Source of the DNA: Raillietiella orientalis
Lineage: Eukaryota
DNA: 64,000 nt
Assembly: GCA_036172245.1 (NCBI GenBank)
Contig: JAYWIR010000057.1
Coordinates: 496,001-560,000 of the forward strand
Direction of reading: 5' to 3'
Shown one piece after another: positions 37,086 through 48,899 of this stretch (the stretch's first letter is position 1; each line of letters begins with the position of its first letter). The position numbers were made by a program, and so were the translations under genes. Under the pieces are notes generated by a model. It saw only the letters and a program-made list of their open reading frames with translations, was not told the DNA's origin and did not search any database.

Positions 37086-37699
37086 GGCCTTGTGGCTAGA
37101 GACCTGCTTGCAGAGTGGAGTGAAGCGGCCCAGGTTCATCAGTTAGCCTATGAGAGCCACTCAAAGCTCCCAGATCCATCTGATTGGGCTGCTGGACTTC
37201 TCGCCCCGCAACGGCCCCATCCAGCTTCGTCGTTGGGGAATACGCAGGAACGGGAGGACAGGTTTGTTGAGTTCGTGATTCGTTCGCTCCTTCCCCTTCC
37301 TCTACCCTCCACTCCCTCCCAACTTGCTCCTTGCGGGTTGGCGCTACAGGAAGTCCGATCCCTTTGAGAATTTCCATTCATTCCCCGTAAATAAGTCAAC
37401 CCGGCACTTTAGAACGAGAAGACCTGATGCTTCGTGCTCCCCTGAATTCCTGTTGCAAAGAAAAGCGCGCATCTATGCAAGGTCCACCTTGCTCCGGTCC
37501 AGAGGCTGTGGGAAAGCTCGCGCTTTCGCTCTGCGCTTTCGTGGTGCTCAAGGACTCACCCCAGCAGCGCAAATCGATGCCTTCTTCTCGGAAGAAGGAT
37601 TCCCGGTGTTGAAGTCTCCGTCGCCCATGGTCACCCGACGTCCGACTCTCGGTCCAGCTGCTCCCAGTTTTCCAAAACCCCAGAACAGGCTTTGGGGAA

Positions 37700-38150
37700 A
37701 AGGCAGCAGCAATGTGGTAAACTCGCCTCGGTGTTCCTGCAGGATCGCGCATCACTCGAGTGATTCCATTCTGAATGGGATGGTTGTCACTCACGTTTTC
37801 ACCTCTTTCGGACTCAAGGAATCGCGGTTGCAACAGATGCTGCACGACATGTAGTGCTTAAGAAGCATGCTATGAGCTCCATGTGTCAGAAATCTCGAAA
37901 ACCCTCTAGTAGGATGTCCAACACGATCCCAGCAAGTGAGTTGGTAGCAAAAGGTTGGGATAGCAAAGCAAGACGAATCGAACCATCTAGCACGTGGTTG
38001 CCTCCAAAGTTTCCCTCGGGATAGCTGGGGTTCATGGTTGAAGAATGTGCCAATAGTCAGGGGCTTTGGGTCGGCATGACCTCAACCTATTCGCAAACCT
38101 TCAGCGAGCGGGGACTCTTGTGATGCTTGGACGCGAAAGTCCAAACTGTG
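37700..38150 (-). mobile_element. Possible decayed L1 RT N-terminal fragment
   Basis: RPKAPD (cf. KAPGPDG) followed by FF and AIPTFCYQL-like segments. Very degenerate. Confidence 0.25.
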
Positions 38151-40059
38151 CCATCTAAGAGTCCTGTGGGCCAGTTTTGGCGAAGACCAACAGAATCACA
38201 GCTGCGGCATGAACCAGACGTGGCGTCTATCGTATCTTGTGGAAGGTGCTGGCTACTTGAAGGACAGAAGGACGGTGGCCAGGGGAGTCGATTCCGCTGG
38301 GAAACAGTGAGCCGTTACCAAGGGTAACGGCTCACCTGCTGGAGTAGCTAATTCCAAGCAGCTACCCAACCCTGGGGCAGACACTAGCTTCATGAGAAAA
38401 CTTCGCACCGTCTGCTTCACTCCGTAGGACTTTGGTATGTATGATCTCTCTTCGAGGACCCTCGGTATTGTGGAGTCAGAGGATCGTGACGGTGCGGGAA
38501 GCTCGCCCGGAGAGGTACACCTTCGTGAGGTCTCACTCCGTGAGACCCTGATCCGAGGAGGGACCATCTGAGCGTGGTCTAGTCGGTCCTGCTGCAGACA
38601 TTCTCTGTTTGCTTACGAAACTAAAATTCTAGCTAGAAGAGCTTGGAAAAGGTGTGGGGGTGGAATCCAATCACACGAGCAAGGACGATTCTTTATGAAG
38701 GTGGTGGTGGTCCTTTCTGTCGACAACATCAAAAGAAAAACATACGCAGAACGAGATGAAGATGCAGATTATTCGTTCTACCAACCGTCTCGCTTGGATG
38801 AAGTAAAAAAAAATTGGACTTAAGAGAAGACGCTCGCGTTTCATCCGCAAGACGATCCCTTCCACTTGTGCTTGAGGCCGCATATCGGAAGGGACCTTGA
38901 ATGTCAGTGAGAGCAGGCAAGTGGCTGTTTGGAGGCGCATTCATCTATCCGAAGACGCGTGGTCCTTCATCCGCGTTGGGCACGGAGCAAGAAGCACTGC
39001 CGGAATCATTCCTTCGAGAAATCTACAAGGCACTGCTAACTTTCGGATTGTGCAGGGAGTGATCGGTCAGACTACTCGAGAACATTCCTCGTGTGCATCG
39101 GAGAACGTTCCTTCCTCGCTTGCCCTGAAGCTAGGAAAAGAAGACACGCGTCTGGCCGTAAAGGCCACGCACCGGACGCGAGGATGGTGCAAGGAGGTTG
39201 CGATGGGAATGGGTCGAAAAGCCGCAAGGCGGAAGGGGAAAAACAGCCGATGAACCGCTGAGCGCCACTTCGGAAAAAGGCGATTCGATTCCGCGCCTCA
39301 CGATCCAATCTTCGCTATGCCAGCTTTCCGTTGCTCCGACAACCTAATCCTATCCCCGCCAAAGGAGGCCTCAGAGTCTAAACATTTCCGGCCACTGTTC
39401 GCCCCATCTGAAAGCTCCGGAACGGGTGATTCTTAGTGATTGATGAAGTCACTGAACTTCCATCTCGGCTCGCCAGCCCGACCATGAGAGAAAGAAGTTC
39501 CCTTTGTTTTTCCCTCGCAGCGTTCCGTTCGAATTTTCCTCCCCGGGAGCGCGGCATGCAGCTGCGAACGGCGCTCCGGGAAGACCACATGTTTGCGGGA
39601 GACAAGCCGCAGCCAGGAGTGGAACCGGGAGGAGGAATCCGATCTCGTTTGCCTTCGTGCCAAGAGCTTTCTCGTCGGTGACCGCAAGGTCACAGGGACA
39701 GGAAGTTTCGGCCTTCACGGAAGAGTTCCAGAAGTGGTGACCTGGATTCTCTCCTGTTTTCCCCAAGTGCCTCCGAGAAGAGAAAAAAAAAGGAAAAGTC
39801 AAGCAGGAAACGGACAAACTGCTGTTTGACAACAGATAGCCTAGGGAATGAATAGGGGCCCGGAGGGGGCATCTTTGCACTCACGCTAAAATCACGTCGT
39901 TGACCAAAGACGAAGCAAATTGAGGTGACTGGCTCACGAGGTCTTGCGAAAGCACCCGGGGACGTCTCGAATTTCAAGGAGCGAGGAGAGCTGGAAACGG
40001 GAAATTCGACCTTCCATTAATAACCTTAATGGATGTAATTATCCATTCATAATATTGAT

Positions 40060-40880
40060 CGCTGACAGGAGGTCACGTGTCACCTGGATGCGGCAGGCCC
40101 CCCAAACTATTGTGCTCTGCCTTTCCACGGGCGCATATGATGCGACCGCGCTGTTAATCATCTCCTGCGATGTCGGTTCCGCTCTCGCAGGTTACGGGAA
40201 AAACAGATCCTTCACGGGAGAGGAAAGTCAGGATCTGCCGCCCTCAAGAGCAAGCGAGGAGCAGGCGCGACGGGTGCTGATGATTCACGATGTGCATGCC
40301 GCCGCACTCCGCGGGTTCGTCCGATCCCTGGCAACCGCCCGCCCGCTCTCCCCTCCCTCTCTGTCTTTTTTTTTTCCTTTCGAGGCTGAGCCGTCGAGCA
40401 GCTTCCGCTTGCAGTAAGGAAAGAACGGGACCTCAGCACCTCTGACGCCTCAGCACTGGGCACTCTAAAGGAAGATTCGCTTCTCGGGCGCTTCAGCCTG
40501 CAGAAAGCAGCGAGGTCACCGAAGAAGTGGCTCCGTCAACGCTCTGGATGGCCAGGTTCCTCTTCGTGGGCAATCGACCCCTACCCGTGCATCGCTTCTG
40601 GGTACGCAAGAGAAAACAAATCGAAGGAGCGGAACCACCCCCGGTAAGATGCTAGTTGGGTAAGACGGATACCCAAAGCTGAGGTGGGAAGATGCTGTAG
40701 CCCAAACGATGGTGCATTCGCTCCAAGTTCCAAAGACGAAGATGTCGAGCGAATGGCTAGCAGATGAGGCAGCCGAGAGTCCATCATGCTGATGGCTGTT
40801 TGAACCTCGGTAGAGGATGACAGAAGATGGGACTGCACTCTGGATGCTGTGGTTTACAACTGTCCATTGAAAAGGAAAGC
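40060..40880 (+). mobile_element. L1 ORF1-like remnant C
   Basis: FLFVGNRPLPVHRFW (cf. PWFxGNRPLxVRRW of DUF4283) followed by SWVRRIPK. Confidence 0.55.
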
Positions 40881-43800
40881 TGTAGAGAAGCACCACTGAC
40901 GGCTCCTCTGCATCTCCTCCTCCTCCTCTTCCTTTTCTTTTCTTTCTCCCTTCCTATTCCACTTCTTTCCTCCGTTCTTCCTTACCCATTCCTGGTTCTT
41001 CCTCTGCCGAATGGGAAGCGAGGGGACAAAATGAAATCTTCCTCCGCTCCTCCTTTATCTAACTGCGCTTTCCTCACCGTCCACAGGAGGCGCCGCTCTC
41101 CGGAAGCAGCAAAATTCCGGAAGAGCGTGAGCGTGGCAGACTGTTTCCTTCTTCCTCCTCGGGGAAAAGAGAGGGGGTAGGCGGAAAGTGGTCAGCAGGA
41201 GTGGGGAACAGGCACCATCCTTCTTCTGCCATGCCCCACCCTTTTCCTCTCCTTTCCTTGCTCTTCCGAAGCCTCGATTTCCTTCGCCATATCTGTCAGG
41301 AGCTCTTGCTGTTCAGAGAGAAAGAGAGGGGCAACAGGATGGAAGTGAGAAGGGCAGGGGCGCGTTCAAATTGGGTTCGCGTTCCCCGCCCGCTCTTCTC
41401 TTCCCCCTCGTCTTCGTTCCTCTCCGAAAAAGGGGAAGCGGGCGGGAGCGGCAACGAGGTGCTCCCAAAAATTCACGGACCATTTGCTCTGGGACGCCGC
41501 GGCGCGCCACGGCGTTCCCAGGGAGCGCAGCCGACGCCGTTTCCTCCCGCTCTCTCCCGTCTCTAGGACGCTCGCACCCCTTCCCGGGTTCCCTTCTCGC
41601 CAGGCGCCCCTGCGCCTAGAGGAAGGGAGCAAGAGAAGTTGAAAGGGGGGAGGGAAAGAGCAGTCAATACACTCCACCCGGAAGAGAGGGTTAGGAATAA
41701 CCCCTTCTTGCGGGTGGGGTGTAGGCGAGCTCGTGCGAAAGGGACGCCGGTCCTCCACGCACAATTCAGCCGCGACCGGGAAAAGGAGCAAATGGAAATG
41801 GTCGAAGGAGCGTTTCCGGAAGCAGGGCGGTGCCATCCGTTATCCCTCTCGCTTCTCCCCCTCCTTCCTTCGTGCTTTCCCGGAGGGCCGCCTGAAATCG
41901 GAAACAATGCGGCCAGGCGCTCCGAGGGACCACGGAGAGGTCGCACCTACGGGAGGATGCGACCGTCAGGGGCTGACCGCATCCGAAAGGAGAGTCCACC
42001 GCCGCTTTGCGAGAGCGGCCCGGGACCGTGGTTCGTCTCCGCTCAGCAGGTAGATGGCAGAGACGGGTTCAGGGAAGTCTGCAAGCGGCTGGATGACCTT
42101 CGAGGACGCAGTCTCAATCCTTCCATCGTGGTCAGCAGGAAATGTCCTGAAGGCAAACCCATTCCCCAAAGCCGAGGAGCGGGAACTGAGCGACCACCCG
42201 TGTCCCTGACTCCGCAAGCTCCGAGTAGAAGGCTGCGCCAGGTGCGGCAACTCGCACGGACCCTTTCTCCTGGATGCAGGGAAGCGCTCGCCCTTCCTTG
42301 TGGCTGCTGCCCTTCGTGCGCTGGCGGGTCACAAGCCTTCGCGGGTAGCCAGCGGGCGAGCTCCAGGGATCCCGTCGGAGCCCGAAAGTCCACGCGCTGC
42401 CCGCGAAACGGTAAGGACGTCGCTCCCTACTGGGAGCACCAGGACTCATGCGCAAGGATTCCTATCTGAAACGGCTGGATGAGGCACCCCGATGCTCCTC
42501 GCTTGCTGCCGCCCGTCTCTCGGAACGGTGGTATTTCCCCGCTGTCCCGGAAAGAGGATCGGCTCTCCCGCCCACCAGGACGCGCGTCAGCGTCGCCAGA
42601 TGCAAAAGAGGGAACCGTGCGCGCTGCTCCGGATCCCCACTGCTCCCGGGGAGAGCAGTGCCTTGCATCAACGGTAGAGAAGTGGTAAAGAGGTGCAGAG
42701 GAGGAATGCATGTCGTTCCCTCCCTCCCCGATCTTGCACGAGAAGCAAAGAAAAAAGGAGGGGGGAGAGGTGGAGGGGGAAGGAAAGGAAGGATTGGAGA
42801 AGGGAAGAAGAGGAGGATGGGAGAAGGAAGGGAGGAGGGACGCTTCCGGCATTCCTCCGAGAGCAGGCAGGAGAGAGACGCTCTCTCCCGTTCGCTCTCC
42901 AGGAATGCGCGACCCCGACGACTTTTCCAGAGCTCGCAAGCTGGAGAGCCGAAAAGCGCCCGGAGCGGCGGAGGCAACCCAAGTTTGATTGACATGCGAC
43001 CTCCGCGGAGAGCGGGCGGGCGACAGCCCCTTCCCGAGGCCGCAGGTGGCGGGCAAATGTCGGCCAGGGGGACCTCCCGCCCAGCGATTATCCCTCCCCA
43101 TCAGCCAGAAGTCGGGAATCGATCGCGCCTCCCCGCTGCGGGACGCTTCTCTTTGGAGGGTGACTCTCTCCTTCCGGCCCAGCCGCCCTCTGAGTCCGGA
43201 GGGGCACTGAGAAGGCGCTGCACGGGAGCACTTGCTTAGTGACCTGGAGGCTGGACAGGTCATGTCTTCCTGATCACTCCTTTTCTCTCTATGACTTCTC
43301 CGCACACGGAGCCGTCTGCGACCTTCCCGCACCAGGGTCACTCCCCTTCCCGGAGAGCTCCTGGGAGAGTGGGGTCTTCGCATTCCTCCCGGAGCCTCTC
43401 TAGCAGCGACTCGACCCCTGGTCTTCCGGAAGCAGGATGGCAGCGGGAAGAAAGGTTAGAAGGAAGAAGAGTCTTCTCATTGCTTCCTCTCCCCGTGCCG
43501 CGCGATTGATGGGGAGGTCAGGAAGTCGAGGGGGAACCCGGGGATCCCGTCGGGATGCAGGAGGTAGACCATAGGAGAGAGCCACCGGCTTGCGCGCGAG
43601 ACTTCACTTCCCAGGGACGCCTCCCGGGCTCGGAAGGGGGAGGAGACCGCCAGGGAAAGGGAGTGACGTTTTCTCCCTCCCTCGCTAGGAAGGGGGAAAA
43701 GAGCGATGGGAAGATACGGTTGTGGGAACCCCGGGGAAGTCTCCATCCACTCTCGAAGCGCCAATCCCCCCTTTCGGGTTCTCTCCATCGACTCTTTGCT

Positions 43801-43984
43801 TCCTTCCCCCTGCTACGGAATGGGGGAAAGGAGGAACAGGAGCAGGGATGCTGGGAACGATCCGGACGTAGCTCGGTGGACCGCGCTGCCTTCTAACCAC
43901 TGGGGAGAGATGGACGAGCGTTTCCATGACTCCCGTGAAGAGTCGCCCTCCAGCCATCAGAGGCGAGGAAGCAGGGCAGGGAAA

Positions 43985-44890
43985 GAGTAAGTCACGTGAC
44001 ACGAGGTTTGCGTGAACGACGGTGGTCCTATTTGGTGTCTCGGAGAAGGATTATGGACTGGAATCCCGAAGGCGAATTTCCTTCCCCCTAGGACAGCGAA
44101 ATCTGCTTAAGGGTGGGGAGAAGGAGATAGGTCAGAAGAGCATCTGTGAGCTTGATGCCCTTCCTGGGGCGCCTGTCTAAAGGAGGTGGCAGAGAGGCAG
44201 AGAAAGGGCAATCTTCGACTCCATGAAGACCCTCTGGGTCACCGTCTTTTTCCCATAATCTGCTCTGGGAAAAGCTATACTGCTGCAGCGGAAGGAAGGA
44301 GAATACACTTGCTTCTAGGGAGGAGGGAGGAACGAGCCGAAGGAAAGGAGGAAGAGGTAGAGAAGAAAGGGAGGTAGAGGAGGAGAAAGAAGAGGAGAGG
44401 AGGAGAAGGAAGAAAAAGGAGAGGATTGACGGAAGCGTTCTTTCCTGGAAATCCTCAGCGTCTCCTCTGCCTCAGAGAGAAAAGAGAGAAAAGAAACATC
44501 AAGATAGCCTCCGCTCTCCTTCACCTTCATTCCTCTTGTCGCTGGCTCAAAGAAGATGCCAGGGAGGTCAGTGTCGCATCAGTTCAGGGTCTCACTCGAA
44601 GAAGAAGGGAAGAGAAGGGTGGGGTTCTTTGTCTATCCCTCAGATGAAAGGTGGCTCGTCTGATAGAGGACACTTTTGGCACGGGAGCTCCAGGCGTGGG
44701 ACAGATATGACCCTTCAAGATGAGCAGCTCTTCCTCTCCAGCTTCTCTACGCCCATTCCACCTCCCCTGCCCTGGGGGAGGTCTCCACTCGAGAAGGACT
44801 GAGCGCCTTTGGCTTCGTACCGGACCGGAAACAGGGGATGTGCCCTCTCATTCCACGACCGAGGTCAACCCCAACCTCTCTGTTCTGGAC
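43985..44890 (+). mobile_element. L1 ORF1-like remnant D
   Basis: RWSYLVSRR, ALLHLHSSCRW, VSVASVQGL and CALSFHDRGQPQPLC, interrupted by a GA tract. Confidence 0.35.
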
Positions 44891-45499
44891 TCTCGAGCAC
44901 AGCTGGGATTCCCCGACCCAGGGAGCCATGCGTCGTCCGTCCGCTTTTCGCGGGCGGACTGGGGACCCTGCTCCCGAGGGACGAGCGGTGAGGGGGAGGA
45001 AGGGCGAGGGGGAAAAAATGTGCTGCCTCAGGGGGGAGGGAAAGGGGAAGAAAAAATCAGGGGCAGCTCGTAATCGCCACCTTCCTGCTTGCCCACTCGG
45101 GACTCGCCGGCCTTCCGCGTGTGCCTCTCGCCAGGAACGCCTGCAGCTGAAGTGTCACCAGGGTGCTCGCCCTTCCTCCATCGGTATGTACTGAGGAAGG
45201 AGAGGGAGGAAAAGGGCGAGGCAAAGGAACTTCGCATCCCTCCCTTCCTCTTCCTTTTATTTATTTTATTTTGTGCCGGGTTCGCGGCCCTCCGCAGGAT
45301 GGTGTCGGGGTAGGGAGAAGAGAAAGGAGGAGGATCCTCTTCCCGACGGTTCCCTAATCGTAGTTGCACCGCCGTGGACCGTCTACTCTGGTCAGTTCGG
45401 GAGCGAATGGGGTAGTCCCCGTCATCCCAGCGCGCGCTGTTCGCTGCTTCTTGTCGCTCGAATGGTGTCCCTGAAGCAGCGCAGCTTGTCCAGGTCACT

Positions 45500-46260
45500 C
45501 TAACCACGTGCCGAGCGGGTGCACCGTGCTGGAATTCGACGTCCTCATTTTTCTCACAGATCGGAAGTGGTCAGGTCATGTCCTCTTGACCACCCCTTTT
45601 CTAAAGAGGTGAGGAGGTAAGAAGAAGAGGAGGAGAAAGAAAGAGGAGAAGGAGGGGAGAAAGGGAGGGAGGAGGTGGAGGAGAGAAGAACAAGAGGAGG
45701 AGGGAGGGAGGGAGGAGGTGGAGGAGAGAAGAACAAGAGGAGGAGGAAGGGAGGGAGGAGGAGGAAGTGGAAGAAAAAATGAACAGAAGGAGAGGAAAAG
45801 AGAAGAAAAGGAGGAGGATCTTTGGCGTCGTTACTCAGCCTGTGGGTAGCGATAAAATTGGTCAGCATGCTACAGAAGGTCCGCATCTCTTCGGAGCAGA
45901 GAGTCAGTAGCTTTCCCCTTGAGGAAGCTGAGCGGCTTCTGTTTCTCCAGTATCTCGTCGATGAACAGCATCTTGCCGACAACCTTCATTCCCCCCAGGA
46001 CCCTGGAGGCCCCTTGCAGTTCGAAGACGCAGGGAGTTGTCAGAGCCAAAGTTCCTTCCTCCTCCTTCCTTCCTTCCAGCGGCATCCCTTCCCGAGGCAG
46101 GTGAACGCACGCTTCCTTTCGCGGTCCAGAGGGGAAAGGAAGGGGGTCCGAAGAGAACTTGGAGGAGGAGGCAGACCAAAGCAGCTGCAAGGGAAGAGCG
46201 GTGGACTTCCGTGTGACTCCTGCGGCCGGCATCGGAGGCGCTTGGCAGAATCAGCGCGCG
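45500..46260 (+). mobile_element. L1 ORF1-like remnant E
   Basis: VSSFPLEEAERLLFLQY and knuckle-like GLPCDSCGRH in ORF 45822-46865, with a GA tract at 45610-45820. Confidence 0.45.
45605..45820 (+). repeat. GA-rich low-complexity tract (largest of several)
   Basis: Nearly pure purine GGA/GAA tract. Similar tracts occur at ~21145-21235, 34270-34370 (CT), 40910-40985 (CT), 42745-42840, 44320-44425, 48140-48275 and 53405-53450. Confidence 0.85.
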
Positions 46261-48869
46261 CGTGCGGTCGGTCCCCACGGGTGCTCATCGCCACCTCTGG
46301 GCGAAGGGTCGACAGGCAGGGAAACAGAGGAAGCGCCGAGCGGCAGAGGGAGGCACTCCTGTCCGAAGGGGAGACGCAGACAAATCGGCGAAACCGTCAT
46401 CCCGCGTTCCCTGTAGGCGTGGCCTGCCCGCTTCGCCCGGCGGGCTCTTTGTCTAGGAAGAAGGCGCTGATCGGGAAGAAGGGAGGGCGGAACCGGGGTT
46501 TCTGTGTCCCGGAAGAAGGGACGAATCGTCCTCTCCTTCCCGCCCGCTTCCGACGCGCTTCCCGACGTTCCGATGCCGCCCCTCGCCTCTCTCACGGAGG
46601 GTCCAAGGGTGAGGCTAGGACCCGGAGGAATGAGAGCGTCCCCCTACCGAGACTGGTCTCTGCGGTCAACAAGAGTAGGCACTGCATGCCCGAGGAGGCG
46701 GTTCTTCCCTTTCGACAGGGAGGAGGGGAAGACGAATCTTCCCGGAATACATGCGAACTCCCTTCCCTCCCGTCAAGAAAATCGGAAGAAGGAAACAAAA
46801 AAGAGGGAGAGAAACTCCTCTGGTTGTCTCCCTCAGGAACGTCTGCTAGGAGGCCTCCCGGCTGACACTCGGCCACAGGCGTCGGTGTGTGGCTCCAGAG
46901 GTGTGGGATGGCTCCCGGGCCTCGCTAGCACCGACGCTGCCTGGATCGTCATCGTGCTCCTTCTTCGCTCCTTTCCCAGAAGCTTCTCCCGAGCCTCAAG
47001 GGAAGGATCGGTCTCGGAGGACACGTGGCCTGCGGTTCGCAGAGAGCACTCGTAGGGCCGGCAGAAGAGCAGTTAGCAAGAGGGCGTTCCCTGGAGCCCG
47101 CTGAACGGTTCCTTATCGGGGGCGGAAAGGGGCGTGAGAAGACGGACGGCTCCTGCGGTGCTCGCGGGGGGCCGTGAGGAGTCTGGAATGGGAGAACCGT
47201 GTAGTCCCCACCGGTGGAAGGCCTGCCTACCCCTCACTGGGAGGCACGAGGCGTGAGCGCCGCCCCGCGGGGAAGGAGACGGCCGCCTAGCGCGCTGCTG
47301 TCGGGGTGCAGCAACACTGACTCGGTGACATCACGCGGAGTGCGGATGCATCGCTGCACGCAACAGGTCCTTCCTCTCCTCCTTCTTCCCCAGGGTCAGA
47401 GGTCAGATGGTCGAGGGATACAGAAAAAAACTCCTCTCCTCCTCTTCCTTCCCTCTCTCCCGATGTCTTCTTCTCCGACCTCAGTGGGAACTCGCCATTC
47501 CCCGTTAGGAGCCACCGCAAAGAATCGACGGAGGGCACCAAGCAGAGGCATTTCCTTGGCACAGGAGCAAAGGAAGGAGCTCTCAGCTGATGACCTTTTC
47601 TACCCTGAGGCTATGGCCTCACCAGCCACAGAACTCATGTTTTTTCCTCACCTTCGTCTCCTTTCCTAGTCTCCCTCTTCGATCTTCTCTCCTCTCCAGA
47701 GTTACCTTCCTCTAGGAATGGGATGTGTGGACGCCTAGGGGCTACTTCCCGGGACAAAATCTTCGAGCGCGTGTTTGAACAAAAGCAGGCGCCGGCGTCC
47801 GTCTCCCTTCTTTGTCTGGAAAAGAGAAACTCACGAGACTGTTCCCAGCATCCAGAGCGTCTCCGACTTGCCGGCTTCTCTCGCAACCTCTTCAAGGGAG
47901 GAACCCCGGAGCTCGAAATTCATCCTGTCTTGGCTTGAACCGTGGGACCACGAGAGATCCGCTGATGCCTCCAGGAGGGAACCGTAGGCTCACGTCCGAC
48001 TATCACGGTTCCGGAGGGCATGGTGGCTCAACGCAAGCAGCTGACAAACTGGAGAAAGAGCAACCCAGGAGACTGCGAACTGTTCTGCGACAATGAAGGG
48101 GTGCAGGGAGAACCTACACATGATGGTGAGTCCGACGAAAAAGGAGGAAGGGAGGAAGAAGTGGAAAGGAAGAAGAGTGGAGGAGGAATAGGGACGGAGG
48201 AGGAAAGGAGGAGTGGAAAGAGGAAATGAGGAGGAAGGGAGAAAAGGGAGGGGAAGGGAGAAAAGGGGGAGGAAACCAGATGCGCGGTACGGTGGGGACA
48301 AAGTTCGCACCTTTCCATTGACAGAGAGCCGTTCGTGATTTCGGCGACAGCAAAAAGAAAAAGGGATCAAGAGCGACCGCAAGGGTGCTCCAGGCGAGGG
48401 GTGGGGTTGTCACGGTGCGTTGCCTTGATGACAAAGCGGGGCGATTTAGCGCCGAGCATTTGCCATGTCAGCAAGGACATGTACAACAGCGCCAAGGACG
48501 TGTCATTTTCGACTGTACTCACTACACAATTGCATCAGAAAGATCTTTTCGGATGCTGAGTAACAGGGATGCTGCTGAGGAGCCACGAATCGATCCTATT
48601 TATTGAGGAAAAAAATGCTCTTGAGAGAGAGTAGGAGGGGGAAAAAAAATAGTGTTTCGGAAGCCCTAGGGGATGCACAATAAAAGGCGCAATAAAATGC
48701 GGATGGCGCACATCGAGCAGCCCAGTAGCCTTGCAGGAAGACCAAGTGTTTCATCTGTTGAAGAGATACAAGGAATGGCACAGCATCTTTCCACAGCACG
48801 ATCTCCTCATTGGCACGAGGAGTATTGAGACCGCCTGCATTGACGCAAATGGTACGAGCATAATAACAA

Positions 48870-48897
48870 CGATGATGATGATGTGATGATGATGATG
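48870..48897. repeat. Imperfect (GAT)n microsatellite
   Basis: GATGATGATGATGTGATGATGATGATG. Confidence 0.85.
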
Positions 48898-48899
48898 TC

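Noticed and set aside
45822..46865. Longest ORF (347 aa), and LFIDEI (Walker B-like) on the opposite strand
   Set aside because: Low-complexity Arg-rich translation with only ORF1-like fragments. No Walker A or exon structure supports an ATPase.
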